Positions 1-15,395 of a DNA stretch of 64,000 nt are shown here, piece after piece (the first letter of the stretch is position 1; each line of letters starts with the position of its first letter). The position numbers and the translations under genes were made by a program. The stretch is from Camelus ferus (lineage: Eukaryota), in NCBI RefSeq assembly GCF_009834535.1, contig NC_045696.1, positions 87,112,001 to 87,176,000 of the forward strand, read 5' to 3'. The notes under the pieces were generated by a model. It searched no databases. It was not told the DNA's origin and was given only the letters and a program-made list of their open reading frames with translations.

Positions 1-879
1 ACATTTAGCAACAGAATTGATCATAATTGGTAGGAGTTAAGGTTAGAGAAATGTTTCTTAGGAGAGAATGAGAACAACACTTGGGGCTTGACACGTATTA
101 GGAGTCTAATAAATGGTAAATAAAATTTAAGACTGAAAATAGGTGGAGAAACACAAATCAAAACTTGCTCTACTTTCTGATAAATGTTTATTGAATGTAA
201 GATTTAAAATAGCTACTCAAATATAAGATATTTTAATCAATTAATCGACATCTAATTTGATATTTATGTTTTGCTAAGTACAAATTAAGCAGCTGTATAT
301 ACTCCTGAAAGTTAATACATTCATATGAATGCAGTTAAAATTTTAGTATTTAAAAAGTTTTAAGTTAATTAATAGTGCAAAAAGTAACTCGTTGCATATA
401 TTTATATTTCTATCTATTATAACTCTTTATTTACCCATTACTTTTTAAAAAGTCCATTTGCTTTGAGTATATTTGCATGATAAACATATATAATACAACC
501 ACACACACTGTAGAAATCATAAAATTGAAATTGAAATTAGTACTCTGTATCCAGCGTGAAAACTTAAAAAATGAAAAATAATCACTTAATAGTGAGAAAA
601 TCAAAACAAAATTTGAAATACAGTATTGTACTTCATTTGAAACTTTCACACTAAAGGACAGTGAGTCTAAATTTGCATGATTGTATGATTTATCTGTGAT
701 TCTCAAATACAGTAATATCAATATTTAAGAATTACCACAAGTCACACAACTTTGATATAAGTAATAGTTTTGTGCAAAAATTTTATTATAGCCAAATAAT
801 GCAGAGGAGCAAAGTTAAATGACCAAAGAACAATTTTAAATGAGGTACAGTTAAAAAAAATTGATCAGGACGAGATGAC

Positions 880-1140
880 CATTTATTGAGCACCTACTAT
901 ATTCCAGAAAGTGTTTTATGTACTTTCACATTGTTTAATTTTCCAAACTATCCTGGCAGTTATTTTTTCCTTATTTGTTCAGTAAATACTAGTTTGATGA
1001 GTTAAAGGAATGAATTATGATTCCTTCTTTTCCAGTGGGAATGACTCAGAAATGATTAACACATTTTCTAAAATTATGCAGCTAGATGGTGACAAAAAAC
1101 TGTTCAATTGTAATTGCAAAACTTACATTTTTACGATCAC
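880..1140 (-). mobile_element. MIR SINE, degenerate
   Basis: Begins 'atttattgagcacctactat', the reverse complement of the MIR 3' end; degenerate core follows. Confidence 0.55.
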
Positions 1141-2429
1141 ATTATGCTGAATTTTAGTATAGTAGAAGTCAAACTCTTCCTAAACTGATATAAATGTGTA
1201 CCATTGTTCCTCTTAGTTTGGAAAGAGAGCTCAACTTAAACACTGATAATGAAAGACATGACGTAGGAGAAAGCTAGAGGAAAGCCTAGCTGGCCTGATA
1301 ACAAAGTAGCAGAAGTTAACACTGGAAACAGGTTTCCAAGAGAGAGTAAAGAGTTCTGCGGTCCCATACAAATAACCATGGGTAAACTGGGTCACCCGAA
1401 CAATGCAACCCCTCTGTCCATCATGTCTATGTGCCTCATTTATCTAGGTCTTGTAGACCTTGGGCACATCACATGATCAAACCACCTTGTCCAAACACTA
1501 AGCATGATGCTCACCCACCTTTACTGCAGAACTGTTAAGTATTTATTTCTCAGAACAAACTTCCCTAACTCAGAGGCTATAAATGACTAGTTATATTCAC
1601 CAAGTAAATTAAAACTGCCTAGAGTCAGTTTATTTACCACTGAAAGTTCTGAGATTTTAGTCATTACATGAAAATGTCCATCCTAGCTCCATCAGATAAG
1701 GATAGATAAGGAAATTGTTCACAAATAATAACATTTTAATTATAAAATAACTCAATCTAAGTGAGACTATAGATTAGGTTCAGGATGTCTCATACAATTC
1801 AAAAGTTGCCATGTATTAAAACAGATTTCTATATAAAAGGGTTCATAGCACTGTCCTGCATTTTATGTTAGTGGTTTAATGACTAATTACTAAAATAACT
1901 AGTCAAGGATAAGGTTAGGAGGAACTATCATGAAATGACAAGGAAATAAAATTGAGAGGATTTAAAACCTAAGATACTTACTAATTAACGTCAAATTCAC
2001 CTCTATAGGGTTTGGACTATTTTAAATCCTAGCTGAAATGTCAGAGGGTGTCAGTTTCCTCAAAGCTTTTCCAAATGGGTTTTTTTTTGTTTGTTTGTTT
2101 GTTTTTTGCTTGTTTTCTCCAATTTGATAGATAAGAAAGTTATGTCTTAGTTTTAGTTTGCATTATTTATGTTACAAACTGCATTTAGCCTCTTTTCTTA
2201 TGTTTATACACCATTTATTTATCTTTCTTTATGAGTTGTTCATGAATTGTCAGTATATAATAATGCTACACACTCATTTACCCTTTGGCTCAGTAATCCT
2301 TTTTCAGAAACATATTGTTTACCTTTAAAAATGTCAAAATATATGCATGTATTTTATATCGATTATTCAAAATGTCATACATTCATATACAAATGCAAAG
2401 CGTTTTTCAATAAGACTATTTTTAATAGG

Positions 2430-5400
2430 AAAGTATTAGAAGCATGGGAACAGGCAAGGACCTCTTCTCTCACCACTATGATTCAACTTTTATGGAAAGT
2501 CCCAGCTACTGCAATAAGAAAAGGAAGAGAAAAGAAAATATATATATATATACAGATTAGAAAAGAAGAAATAACACTGTGTTTATTTGCACTTCTGCAA
2601 TGATTATCTATGCAAAAAGTGCACACAAATATTCCTGGAATAATTATATCATTCCTGAAGCAAGTATATAGCAGGGTTACAGGATACGAAGTTAATACAC
2701 AAAGTCAATTATTTTCCTATATAGCAGCAATGAAAAATTGCAATATAAAATTAAATGAAAATACAGTTTATTGTAATATCAAAAAGTAAGCACAAATCCA
2801 GCAAAATATGTACAGGATCTATATATGAAAAACTACACAGTATTTCTGAAATTTAAAAAAAGACAATATTTTTTGTTTATTGATTGGAAGACTTAATATT
2901 TTTAAGATGTCAATTCTCCCCAACTTGACATATAGACTCAATGCAAACTTTATCAAAATTTTAGCAAGGTATTTTATAGATATTAATAAACTGAGTCTAA
3001 AATTTCTATGGAGTGGCAAATATAAGGAATAGCCAAAACAATAGTAAAGAAGAAGAACAAAGTTAAAGACTTACACTACCTGATTTCAAGACTTAATACA
3101 AAGCTACAATAACCAAGACATCATGGTGATGAAATGAACACATAGATCAATGGAACAGACTAGAGTGCCCAGAAATTCTCACACAAATTTAAGTTAAATT
3201 CTTAAACAGCCAAAGGTAAGTCAGTGGGGCAAAGGCAAGTCAATGGAGAAAGTATATTCCTTTCAACAAATGGTTTTGGGAAAATTGGACATCCATATGT
3301 AAGTAACTGAAACTAGACATAGAACTTAAAATATTCACACACACACACAAAAACTAAATAATAGACTTAAATGTAAAATGCAAAACCATAAATCTTCTAG
3401 AATAAAACAGGAAAAGTTATGGAACTTTTGAGATTGGAGATTAGTTTCTAAATGTAAGGATAAAAGCATAATACATAAAAGAAAAAAAAAGATGTTATAA
3501 ATTTAATAAATGTAAAATTTAAAATATCTACTCTGCAAAAGACACTGTAAATAGAATGAAAAGATAGAACACAGACGGGGAAATATTGGCAAAGCACATA
3601 TCTAATAAAGGACTTAGATCCAAATTATATAAAGGATTTTTAAAATTCAACAATAAGAAAACATGTAACCTGATTTTAAAAGGGCAAAAGACCTAAATAG
3701 ATATTTCACCATTAATATAAACAGAGCAAATAGGATGTGGGAAAAAAAAGTCAACATAACTTGTCATTAGAAAATTTGAAATTAAACATCACTGAGATAC
3801 CATTAGCACCTATTTAGCATAGCTAAAATCCCAAAACTCCAACAATACCAATTGCTGGCAAGAAACGTGGAGCAATAGAAATGTTCCTTCTTTTGTTGTG
3901 GGAATGCAAAGGAGTACAACCTTGGAAGGCAGTCTGTAAGCTTCTTATAAAGCTACACATAGTCTTACCATAAGAACTGGCTATCGTAGTCTGTGTTTGG
4001 CATTTTCTACTTCTAAGTATTTACCCAATGGATTTGAAAAATTATGTACATACAAAAATCTATATGCAAATGTTTATAACAGCTTTTTCCTAAATTGCAA
4101 AAACTGAAGGCAAACAAGATGTCCCTAACAGATGAAGGGAAAAACTCTGTTACAACCATACAATGAAAAATTATTCAACTTTGAAAAATGAGCTATCAGG
4201 ATAGGAAAAAAGATGAATGCATAAATGCATGTTGCTAAGCAAGTAAAGTAGTCTGAAAAGTTTACATAGTGTATAGTTTCATTATTTGGAAGTGGTGGTT
4301 AAAAAGGTGAAGAACAGATTTTTGGGGCAGTGAAACTACATTATTTGACACTATAATAGTGACTACATGACACATGCATTTGTCAAAACCCATAAAATTT
4401 TACAGCACAACCAATGAACCTTAATGAATGCAATTTGAAAAAATATCATTTAGCAGGCTAGAGAATCCCATGATGGAATGTTGAATATGACAAAATCATC
4501 TAACTGTGTCACAAAGATATGAAACAACCACACAGAAGGTGATGGGAGAAGAATGTGCTGACCTAAATAATTTTGTAAATGAGTAGAATCTGTAATACTG
4601 AAGGTAAAAGAAACTCATAAATATTATACTTAAGTACTATGCTTTGTGAGGTTGTTTCCTACAGTGGCATGGGTTAATATTCTGATAATATACACATGTA
4701 TGATGTAATTGAACAATTAATATATGGATGGCAGATTGTAGGAATCAGGTTGTTACTATTGGAGTGGTAAGTTACATATAAACATTAGGAATTCGCTAAG
4801 ATGATCCATGTAGCAATGGACTGGAGTTGGAGACATTAGTATGAACTCATGTTTAGGTTAATATAGATATATACGTTTACCTATAGAGTATTTTATAGAT
4901 ATGTGTCTATACATGGGTTGTATGCACATATATATTTCCTTGATCTATAAGCTGAAAGGTCCTGGAAGTAATCATATCCCAGTAGCAATGAAATCACGTA
5001 TCACTCATATATATGCTTCTAATGCCCTATACCAATGAAAGGAAGCACATTGTTTGGAAAATGTCTAATTCTAGGACTAGGGCAAGAAATATACAAGATG
5101 AAACTGAAGCATCTCATAACACCAGAGTTAGGAAATGATAAGTCACATTGATAGGGCATATGTCAAGGGACACAGGAGCCAATGGAAAGAGCTCCCTATG
5201 GCCAAAACAAGGACAATTGAGAAATGAAATAAAGTAGCACTGGTTTATAAGCAAAAGGGTAAAATATTCATGAGCCCATACTGATATAAATAAATGATCC
5301 AATAATTAAATAAATGAGGAAGAATAGAAAAATCTCTAGATTGAAGAATTCCAATAATTTATGTGGGCACTCCACTGTCAAGGAGATGGAGCAGTTTCCA

Positions 5401-6005
5401 CTCAAGTGTGGGTATGCATAGTGACTTACTTCCAAAGAATGCTGTATGGAAAGGGAGGTGGGGGTGGAGAACAATGTTACAGTAGAAAAATCTGACAAGC
5501 ACTACCTCAACCAGGTGATGAATGTTAACATCAACAGTTAACAGTTATTTTCATGGACTATATCCTTGATATGATATGATGAAAATTACACTTTATCTCG
5601 GTGGTTTTCCTCCTAAAACACATACCCCCACATTTAATCACAAGAAAAACAATACACCAATCCCACTTGAGGAACATTCTACAAAATACATGACCAATCC
5701 TCAAAACTGTCAAGAATCAAAAATAGGAATGTTTGTGGAAACATCAGAGCCAAGAGGAGTCTCGGGAGTTATGATTACTAAATGTTAAATATGGTATCCT
5801 GGAACAAAAAAAGGACATTAGTTAACAAAAATGTATCAGCATGGTTCAACAGTTCTAACAATTGTACCACACTAATATAAGATGTTAATAATAGGTGAAA
5901 CTTGAGGATGTTATGTAGAAACTCCCTGTACTCACTTCACAGTCTTTTTCTAAATCTAAAATTACAAAATAAAAAAGTTTATAAAGAAAAAAACTGAAAA
6001 AAAAA
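2430..6005 (+). mobile_element. Ancient L1 (L1M/L1MC-like): degraded ORF2 3' half plus long 3' UTR
   Basis: Degraded ORF2 peptides (e.g. 'IRKEEITLCLFA'; 'gatcaatggaacaga' = DQWNR; 'ttcaacaaatgg' = FNKW); 3' UTR ends in an A-rich tail at ~5965-6005. Confidence 0.8.
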
Positions 6006-6529
6006 GTGTCCCTACATTGGAGATTAGTCAAGTAAAGTAGAATACCTCAGCACAACAAAATACTACCGTAATTATAGAAAAGAATGCAAGAGATATCCAT
6101 AAACTTACATGGAGTTATTTTCAAAATCTATTAAGAGATGGTCTAGAAACCAAAACCTACTGACAGAAAGTGCTCTAGAATCTTGTTCTTTCAAAAATAC
6201 TTCAGAGCCAATAATTTGAGAGAAAATAGCAATTCCAAAATTATAACACATACAAAAAGAAAACTGGGGCAGACTACAGATCAGAGAAGTATGGAGGAGC
6301 AATGGATGGTACATTTTTAAAGGCAATTCCTTGAACATCTCCATTCTTCAAATTCTTCACTGATGATTATACATATGTAACAAAATATCTTAACTGTGTA
6401 AGACTAGTACTGAAACAAATCTGATAAAATAGAAAACTTTGAGAAAGTGGTAGGCATTAGTGCATTCAGATGAATTTATTTAACTAGAAAACACTGGTTT
6501 GTTCTTATAGTTGGTATTGTGTCATTTTT

Positions 6530-7030
6530 CTTGATTCATTCCCTCAACAGTTTTTCAACCGATATGCTTGGAGTACCTAATGCATGGCAGCTGTTCTAAA
6601 GAGAGAGCTTACAGTATTGAATAATATTATTGAGACCTGTAGTCTCAAGGAATGTATACCCTAAAGTGGATGAGGCTGAGAAGAGAGACAATAAACACAC
6701 AGAAACATTAAATGCAGTGAAAAATGCTAAAATGAAAATCAAATATTGCAGGGTGCATTTTACATGATTAGAGAAAGTCTCTCTGAGGACTTCACATTTA
6801 ATTTAAAATGATAATGACAGAAAGGAGTCTATTCTACAAAAACTAAAGGGATGATATTTCTACGTGGAAGAAGTAGCACAGAAACCAATACAGGAATGAG
6901 CTTTGCCAGCTAATGCAACAGAAAGAGCACTATCATGGCTGTAGTACAGGAGACCAAGGGGAGATGGGCACAAACAAATGCCTATCAGTAAAGGCAGTCA
7001 GGATATGGACTATAGCTTGATTATGGCTGT
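6530..7030 (-). mobile_element. L2 LINE 3' fragment
   Basis: Starts 'ttcattccctcaacag', with 'agagaaagtctctctgagg' typical of antisense L2. Confidence 0.55.
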
Positions 7031-8199
7031 ATAGTGGTCCTGTATGGTTTGATACACCTTTGTTTTTTAACAAAGTAAAGTAAATGATAAGCTTTCTGTG
7101 GTTATACACCAGTTATTTTCAACTGTAGAGGTTGATGGTTTGTACCTATTAAGATAATTGTGGTGTGGGGTGGCATGTGAAGGACTCCTCTGCATTAAGA
7201 ACATTAAAAAAAAAACATTTTGCAGTGATATGTGGTTATAAAAATCATTATCATTACCTAAACTTCTTTCATTTGTTTCTGGTCACAGTGCATAATGTGT
7301 TGTGAAATGCCCCAGTATTCATGCATGGTGCACCAAGTTCAGGCTTAAAAAAAAAAGGCAGGAGAATCAGAACTATCTCTACATTTTGCAGGGCCATAGC
7401 CGCTGGGGTCTGGTGGATCCCATACACCAGAGGTGGATGTAGACACATCCAGGAAAGTGCCAGGCCTCTTGAGGCTGAGGTCTGAGTCAGAGCTATACTT
7501 GCTCAGGTCTAAGGAGGCACTGTTCTCCAGTGCTGGGGAGACCTTCAACACTCCTCTCTACTCTTTATTTCTCATCATGGCCAAAACATTTGGAATCATT
7601 TATTAAACAGAAAGTTTAAGGAGAACAATTAATCCTGTGGCTCTCTCTCAGGATCAGTCAACAACAATCTGTATAAATTCACCTTTGGGAGAGGCCTGCA
7701 GGTGCCTCTATGTGGTTTATTTGGCCTAGAAGATAATTTTAATTCAGGAGAAGAAAAGTCTAAGCCCACTTTAAACACGAAGCCATATTTCCTGATCTGG
7801 TTTTACTTTGATGATTTATTCCTGTAACTCCTGTGTCCATTTTTCAATTGGCTTAGAATTTAGAGAGTAAATATTGCTCTTTTGTGTATGCAGAAACTTC
7901 AATATTTAAAAATAAACAGCACCTTTTAAACCATAAAATGACACTCAGATAAAATTTATGGCCAAAATAAAGTACTCATGTATGATACCAGGGTTTGAAG
8001 TCACACATGTATCAGGATTAGGGAGGTTGCCTAAATGTCTGGGTCAGGTTAAGTATAAAAACTAGAAAGTGGTGGTGCCAATGAAGTATTGGTGAGTGAA
8101 TGACCTGCATAAGAACATTCACAGTCACTAATTTTGACTCTGTTAACCAAAGAAGACATTTGGAAAATTGGTTTAGTTTAGGGCTGCTGGTGGTAGAAC

Positions 8200-8340
8200 T
8201 TGTCTGCTAGAATGTATTTTCTTGAGGTTAGAGATTGATTTTGTTTATTCATTTTAATGATCCCAGTACCTATCACTGGACCTGGTATGCTATAGGTACC
8301 CAATGCATATTTCTTTATTAACTGAATAAATGGATAAAGG
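8200..8340 (+). mobile_element. L2 3' end fragment
   Basis: 'cccagtacctatcactggacctggtatgctataggtacccaatgcatattt...actgaataaatgga' resembles the L2 terminus. Confidence 0.55.
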
Positions 8341-9549
8341 GAACAATTCAAACATATTATTCATTTTCTATAGCTCAAATTGCCCTAGTCAAATGTCAAT
8401 CTATGTTTAACATTAACAAGGCTTCAGTGTTTAAGTGCACCAGATTGCCAATCTAAAGTAATCATACACACTCACACAGACACACACAGAATTGTTCAAT
8501 ACAAAACCAAGTAACATGAAGGATTTATATTGTTGGACATCAAGTATATAAAGTGTTGAAGTATTGTTCTCTTAAATAAATTTAGTTCTAGGTATTAAGT
8601 AAATTAAAATGTAAAAAAATTCTAAAAATGCCTGTTACAAATAGGTGAAGATAGTTATAAGCAAAAAAGATTCTGAATGTCTATTACTTATATGTTTTGT
8701 ATTGAAATAACATAAACTCAATCATAGTAGGTCAAATATTTTCTTCTTTAACTTTTGTAAACAATTTCTGATAGCTATGTCATTTCTAAGAATATCTGGT
8801 TTTATCTTGGAAAAACTGAACTCTCAGGAGGTTCATTTTAAATTTTGTAATATTTGCTTGTCATAAGTAGTAAATATTCTCTATCATAAAATGCTCAGAA
8901 GCTGTTGATTTCCAAGTTCTTTATCTGCATTTGTGTGTACTACCTAAAATCCAAATATAAGCAGGAATACCATATCAAACTTTAATTTACAGTATAAAAA
9001 TCTGTGATTAAAACCTGATAGAAATGATTGATACATAAGTGAACCTTAAAAGCAAACTTTCTGGATTCAGTCTGAAATATAACTAAATCTGAATCATTAT
9101 AAACAAAATAGCAATCATCTTCCCAGGGATGGTTTGAACAAACATTACTGAAGGTCAAGGATTTAATGGTAAACTTTCAAGCTCCCCAATAATTTTCTTA
9201 TTCTCTGATTCAAATTTAAGGAACAGGCTTCCATATGTTTTCATATTGCTAGGAACGAAAGCTACCACATGTCAGCATTCAGGAATTTTGATACTGTCAG
9301 ACTGCATATTAACAGATATTAATAAAATTCAACACCAAAATGACATGTTTCCTATTCTTCACCCAAAACACAATTATACATGTAAGCAAACACACTACCA
9401 ACCACATACGCAGAAGCATACATGTATTTTCATTTAATAGCATTCCTTCTTACTTCTTTGTAAATTTGAAGCAATCAGAAGGTAACTTCCACAGATGTCT
9501 AACACCATCGTCAGAGCTCCATAGCCTCATTGCCTATTGTTAAGGATGA

Positions 9550-10806
9550 ACTCTACCTGATCCTATATCATTCCAGTCCCTCTGCGGCACTAAATCCCAC
9601 CCCCATCTCAATATCCTACCTAAGGATATTTTCTCCAGAAATGTTTTCCTCTTTCTCTCTTCTTTATCAAAATTTCCCTTTTTCCTGGATCATTCTTATT
9701 ACCATTCAAACATTCCTTAATTTCTTTCATTAAAAAAGGAGAAAGAAAACCACCTCTTTACCACACATAATTTAGTGAGGTATCACTTTATTTTGCAATA
9801 ATACTCCTCAAGAGAGTTGTCTCTGTTTGCTGTCTGCAATTCATTTTTACTCATACTCTCTTAAATCCAGTCTCTTCTGGCTTTTACTCCCAGTACTCCA
9901 ACCAAATTACCATTGTTACAAAAGTCAGTATTCTCCATATTGTTGAGTCCAATGGTTAGATTCTGGACCTCATTTTATTTGCACTACCAGCAATATTTGC
10001 TGCAGTTGATTATTCCCTATTCTGTAATTCATTTCTTCACCTGGTTCCAGAATACCACACTTAGTTGCTTTTCTTCCCACATTATTTACCACATTTGCTT
10101 AGACTTCTTTACTAGGTAAAATTTCACTACAATCACCTTGGTCACAACCATGATAACTTGTTTCCTAAACTAGTACAATAGGTCCCTAATTACATGTCTG
10201 CATCTATTATTGCCTCCTGTACCCCCACCTCCATTTTTTACTCAACACAACTGCCAGGATGAGTCTTTAAAAATGTTCATCCACTCATATCTGTTTTCTA
10301 GTAAGAACCCTGCAGTGGCACCCATACACTTAAGAGTAAAAGCCTAAATTTCATAAAAAGGCTTATAAGGCCCTGAATGATCCAGTCTGCCATTATTTCC
10401 TCGAGCTTCTTTCCTCTTCCCCATAGATCACTTTGCTGCACTGACCTTCCTGCTGCTCCTTGAACTCACAAGATTCTCCCCCTGCACTAGGGCCTTTGCA
10501 CTGCCATAAATATGACAAAATTTGGCCAGATATTTTTATGGCTTTCTCTATCATCTTCTTCATGATTTGCTCAAATATGACTTAAAAAATTCAACCCAAA
10601 TTCCCTTACCATTATCTACTTTTTTATCATACATTTGAAAATCACCTTATGTATATATATATGTAAGTTGATTCTCTACTGTCTTATTAAACTATTAAAC
10701 TATAAGTCTGTAAGTGCAGGGATTTTGATTTTTTTGGTTCATTGAGAAATCCCAAGTCCTTGGGACATAGTGGGTGCTCCAACAATACTTATTAAATAAA
10801 TGAATT
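9550..10806 (+). mobile_element. L2 LINE (L2a-like) 3' portion
   Basis: Pyrimidine-rich L2 body ('agggcctttgcactg'); ends 'gggacatagtgggtgctccaacaatacttattaaataaatgaat'. Confidence 0.7.
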
Positions 10807-11249
10807 AAAAATTCCCTTGGCATGACTTCATTTATGTCATACTCTTACAAAACTAATTGCACCATTTAGCACTTCTTGAATTACTGTACGTGTGTGTGTA
10901 TTTATAATCTGCCTCATGATTGTTGTTAGTGTACTGTAATGGTGATGTTCCTATATGAAACTATGCTCGACAGGTACCCCCAGGGCTGACTGTTTTCACA
11001 GCTAGCTGCATTATAAATGAACAAACACATTTCATGATATATTTGTAGTTCACTTTTTAGGACTATTGATGTATTTTCTCATGGAATTCTGGATAACATA
11101 TATATTATATATGTGTTTTGACTCATGCCTCCTTAAATTGAAAACGGCTTTTCTAGTTTTGTCCTCACGCCATACTGTAATTTTCTATAGCTTTTTCATG
11201 TCTTTCTATGGTCCTACACATAGTGGTCAAGTGTACCCTCTAGAATTAC

Positions 11250-11450
11250 AGTGCCTGCTGAGAGCCAGCTCTTTCCTTTACTAATTGTGTGCCCTTGGAC
11301 AAGCTATTCAGTATCTCTATGCCTCAGTTTCTATATCTGGAAATTAAAGGAAATAATTGTACACCTCATAGGATTTGGGGGAGGATTAAATAAGTTTATA
11401 CATCGGAAACACTTGTAAGGGTGTCTGGCACACAATAAGTACTATTATGT
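11250..11450 (+). mobile_element. MIR SINE
   Basis: Core 'cttggacaagctattcagtatctctatgcctcagtttctatatctggaaa...gaggattaaataag...ctggcacacaataagtact'. Confidence 0.8.
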
Positions 11451-12896
11451 GTCTCTGACATTTCTACTGGGGTATCAAATTCTTGCTTCTTTTTGACTTT
11501 TTCTTATCACATTTCTTTTTTTTTTTTCCCTCTGAGAGCACTTGCTCAACAAAAACATGTAAAAAGTGAGTCTTCAGGTTTTTGATTGTAGAACTCAATC
11601 TCTGCTTGATCATTTAAGAAAAGTCATTGATTGCTTTTGTTGTGCTATTGGTTGCTGTCTTTATCGCTTGCACTCTCTCAAACCTATGCACTCTGTGTTT
11701 ACCAAGGCTGGCTTTCCTTTGGTGTCCACATATTTTTCATCAAAGTAATTATTTTTTCAACTACTGTGGCTACAGGCAGAGAAGTTTGCTGTTAGGTAGC
11801 ACCCTCCCTTTTTTGAGTTTTGCAACAGACACAAGTCTCTCAATGCTGAGAAATGTGGGCACCTCCAATGGAACATCTCTAGGCTTCTTAGGAAGTTGTG
11901 GCTAAAGGCATTATTGTTTAATTACATCACACCCAGTATAACAGGATTATATTTGCTAAGTATAATGCTATATCTCCTCAATGGTTTGGGGATTTCTACA
12001 GTTCTCTCTTAATCATAAGATGATAGTTCTATGAACTGCCTTATCCAAAGTGCAATGGTGTCAATACTTGGAAAGTTGATAGCTCCCTTGTTAATGAACT
12101 AATTATGTTCTCTCTAAGGAACCAAAATGACTGAAAACCTTCTCGCAATTAGAACTAACATTTGGTACTATTTTTATGCTCAATTCTGTGAGTAGCATAA
12201 GAGAATCTTTGCAGTTATAAACGATGATATGCTGGAGCCAGCTCACATGCGAGATACATTTCTTTTCTAGATTGTGATATATAAAGGGTAAATATTTTCC
12301 TCATGAAGCAAATCTCGTGTCCATTTTATTGCATGTGTTTTCTATCTGTCACAGTTCTTCATTGCAAACAGGTACTGCTTCGAGCAGGTTTAAATGCCAA
12401 AGCAGTTTATGTACTGAATCAGAGTAACGTAGGAAAAACTGGAGAACCTAAACTTCGGAATCATTTGGATAAGGACATCATTGTCACTGCCACTGAACAC
12501 TTATGTTTCTGACTTCACTGTAGACAGGGCCAGCCCTGGATAATGGGAGCCCCATGGGTTCTATGGCAACTGCTATTTCTTGAAATTAGACATTGCCTTT
12601 GCTGCTGACCCAGAGTTAATTCACCATCCTCCATGCTGTTTTTCATCCCAATATTTCAGTTCAAAGCCTAAGAGTCAAGGTTTGATTTGCTAAGTAAGAA
12701 AGGCTGAGAAAATAAATATCTGGTCTTTCCTGCTGCTGCAGTTGAAGGTGAACTTTGCCTAGCACCACATTTCATGAAGTAGATAATTTTGCAAACATAT
12801 GAAGGAGTTCAGAATAGGTTACCAAAGGTAATAAAATTTGGTTCAACTTCTGAGCAATATTTTGCTGATAAAATCAATGTTTAAAAACTTAGAGCA

Positions 12897-13548
12897 AGAG
12901 ATTATCTGTACCCTCACATTCATTGCAGTATTATTCACAGTAGCCAAAGTTTGGAAACAACTTGTTTCCATTAACTGATAAATAGATAAAGAAAACATAG
13001 ACTATATGAAATATGATTCAGCTGTAAAATCGAAGAACCATTTTTGACTGCATGATGAGCTTAGAGGACATTATGCTAAGTGAAATAAATCACATAAAGG
13101 CAAATAATGTATGACCTCACTTACATGTGAAATCCAAAAGAGTCAATATCATAGAAACAGAGAGTAGATTGGTGGTTGCTAGGCTTCTGGGGGTGCGGGG
13201 GGCAGGGGAAATGGGGAGATGCTGGTCAAAGTTTACAAACTTCTAGTTACAAGATGAATAAGTTCTGAGGATTTAATGTACAGCATGGTGACTATAGTTA
13301 ACAGTACTGTGCTGTATACTTGAAAATTAAAAAGTGGACCTTAAATGTTTCTACCACACACACACAAATGGTAGTTACATGAGGTGATGGATGTGTTAAC
13401 TTACTAATGATAGTTTATTATGATTACTATAACAATTTTATTATGATAATCATTTCACAATGTATTCATATATCAAATCATTGCATTGTATACTTTAAAA
13501 TTACACAATGATATATGTCAATTATATTTCCATAAAGCTGGAAAAAAA
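12897..13548 (+). mobile_element. 5'-truncated L1 (L1MA-like) 3' end with target-site duplication
   Basis: ORF2 end ('gacattatgctaagtgaaata'), 3' UTR ending 'cataaagctggaaaaaaa'; 'cttagagca' flanks both sides (~12888 and ~13551). Confidence 0.8.
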
Positions 13549-15084
13549 CCCTTAGAGCAGTAATTTTTAATCTGGCTATAAAATAATACATTTTCTTTAT
13601 TAAATATTCAAGCATCTAGTGATAACTACTTGTTAACATTTTGATGAGCATGCTTTTGGATATTTCTCTCCATGCTCATGTAATATGTAAACTTTATTAC
13701 TAATCTAGCATCAGTTTTAGTTACAGAATCCTTTTTGAAGGCTGAATCTACCCTTTCCTCCGCAGTCATGTGCCATAAGAGAGACTGATATGACACTCAG
13801 CTTCAATTTGGGGTATGAATGATATGAAAGTGACCCCATCTACATTTCCAGGGAATCATCAAGGAAGGATGTACAATATAATTTTTTAAAAGTCTGCTTA
13901 CAATTCTAGGAAAGTTTCTCTTTGATTTTAAGATAGTGAGCCATTTGTAAACCAGTATAGATAGACACGAGAAAGATGAATGTAGCACTGATTGCAATTG
14001 GCAGCCATTCTACAACCAAAATAGAAAAGGTTCTAGAATGAATTTGACAAAGTAAAAGGGAAAATAAAATCACGATAAAAATCTGGGCCCATGAAAATGT
14101 TATTAAACTGCTGGATCAAACCAAAACTGAAAGTTTGGGACTTCCTTGTATACTATCAAATATAGTACCTTGTGGCATGATTTACTTTTAGTTAGATTCC
14201 CATCTGTTTGTCACTCAAAGAGCCTTAACAAATAGAGCAAACTAAAGTAAACATATAATATGCACAGAAAATCATACAGTAATATGTTTACAACATTCAA
14301 GCTTCTACCTCAAAAAAATACATAAGTGATAGATTGATTTACAAAAGCATAGTTCCAGTTTTTATGAATTTTAAGTAATGCATATTATGAGTATATGTTA
14401 TTTTACTTTATTTTAGAATGTCCTTATTAATGATGTCTAGAAATATTTAGTTTTTTGTTTTATGTTGTTTTGTTACTATGACAACTGCTGTGATGGCAAA
14501 ATCTTGGCATGCCCTTCCGTGCATTATCACTATTATTTTATTAACTCTGTGGAATAATTACTAGAAGTATGACATGTGGGTCAACTGATACGTATTTTTT
14601 AAATAGTCAGATTTATAGCAATAGTGGTCTCCAGAAATTTATAATGACTCATATTCATGTGTGTATAAAAATATTTATTTCTCCACATGCTCATTTAGAC
14701 TTGGGACTGAAAATTTTGTTAATCATTCCAGTCTAAATGGAGAAAAACTTTACACCTTTTTTTTTTTTTCAGTTTTTAATTTCTTTCATTGCCAACACAA
14801 GCCAATGTGATTTTTTTACATTTGTTTACCATCATTACTTATCTTATAAAATGCTTGTTTATACATTTTACCCACTTATTTTGGGGGATAGTCATCTTTT
14901 TTTCTTGTTGATCTGGAAGTGCTCAATGTATTAGTTATATTAACACTGTATTTCAGGACTTGAAAACATTCTTTTACGTACAATTGTGTTTATTGCTGCT
15001 TTATATTAATTTTGTTGTAGCCAAACCTATTAATCTTCCTTTTACTGTCTTTAAATTAATTTTTAAAATGTTATACAATTTTAA

Positions 15085-15395
15085 ACAACTTTTTTAAAGG
15101 TTACAGTCCATTTGCAGTTATTTCAAAATATTGGCTGTATTCCCTGTGCTATAGAATACATCCTTATAGCCTGTCTTCCACCTATTTGTTTGTAACTCCC
15201 ACTCCCCAACTCCTATATTGTCCCTCTCCCCGCCACAACTGGTAACCACTACTTCGTTCTCTATATCTGTGAGTCTGCTTCTTTTTTTGTTGTTGTTATA
15301 TTCGTTAGTTTGTTGTATTTTTTAGATTCCACGTGTAAGTGGTATCATACAGTATTTGTCTTTCTCTGACTTATTTCACTTAGCATAAAACCTCC
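15085..15395 (-). mobile_element. L1 3' end fragment
   Basis: 'ttccctgtgctatag...tttagattccacgtgtaagtggtatcatacagtatttgtctttctctgacttatttcacttagcat'. Confidence 0.8.
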
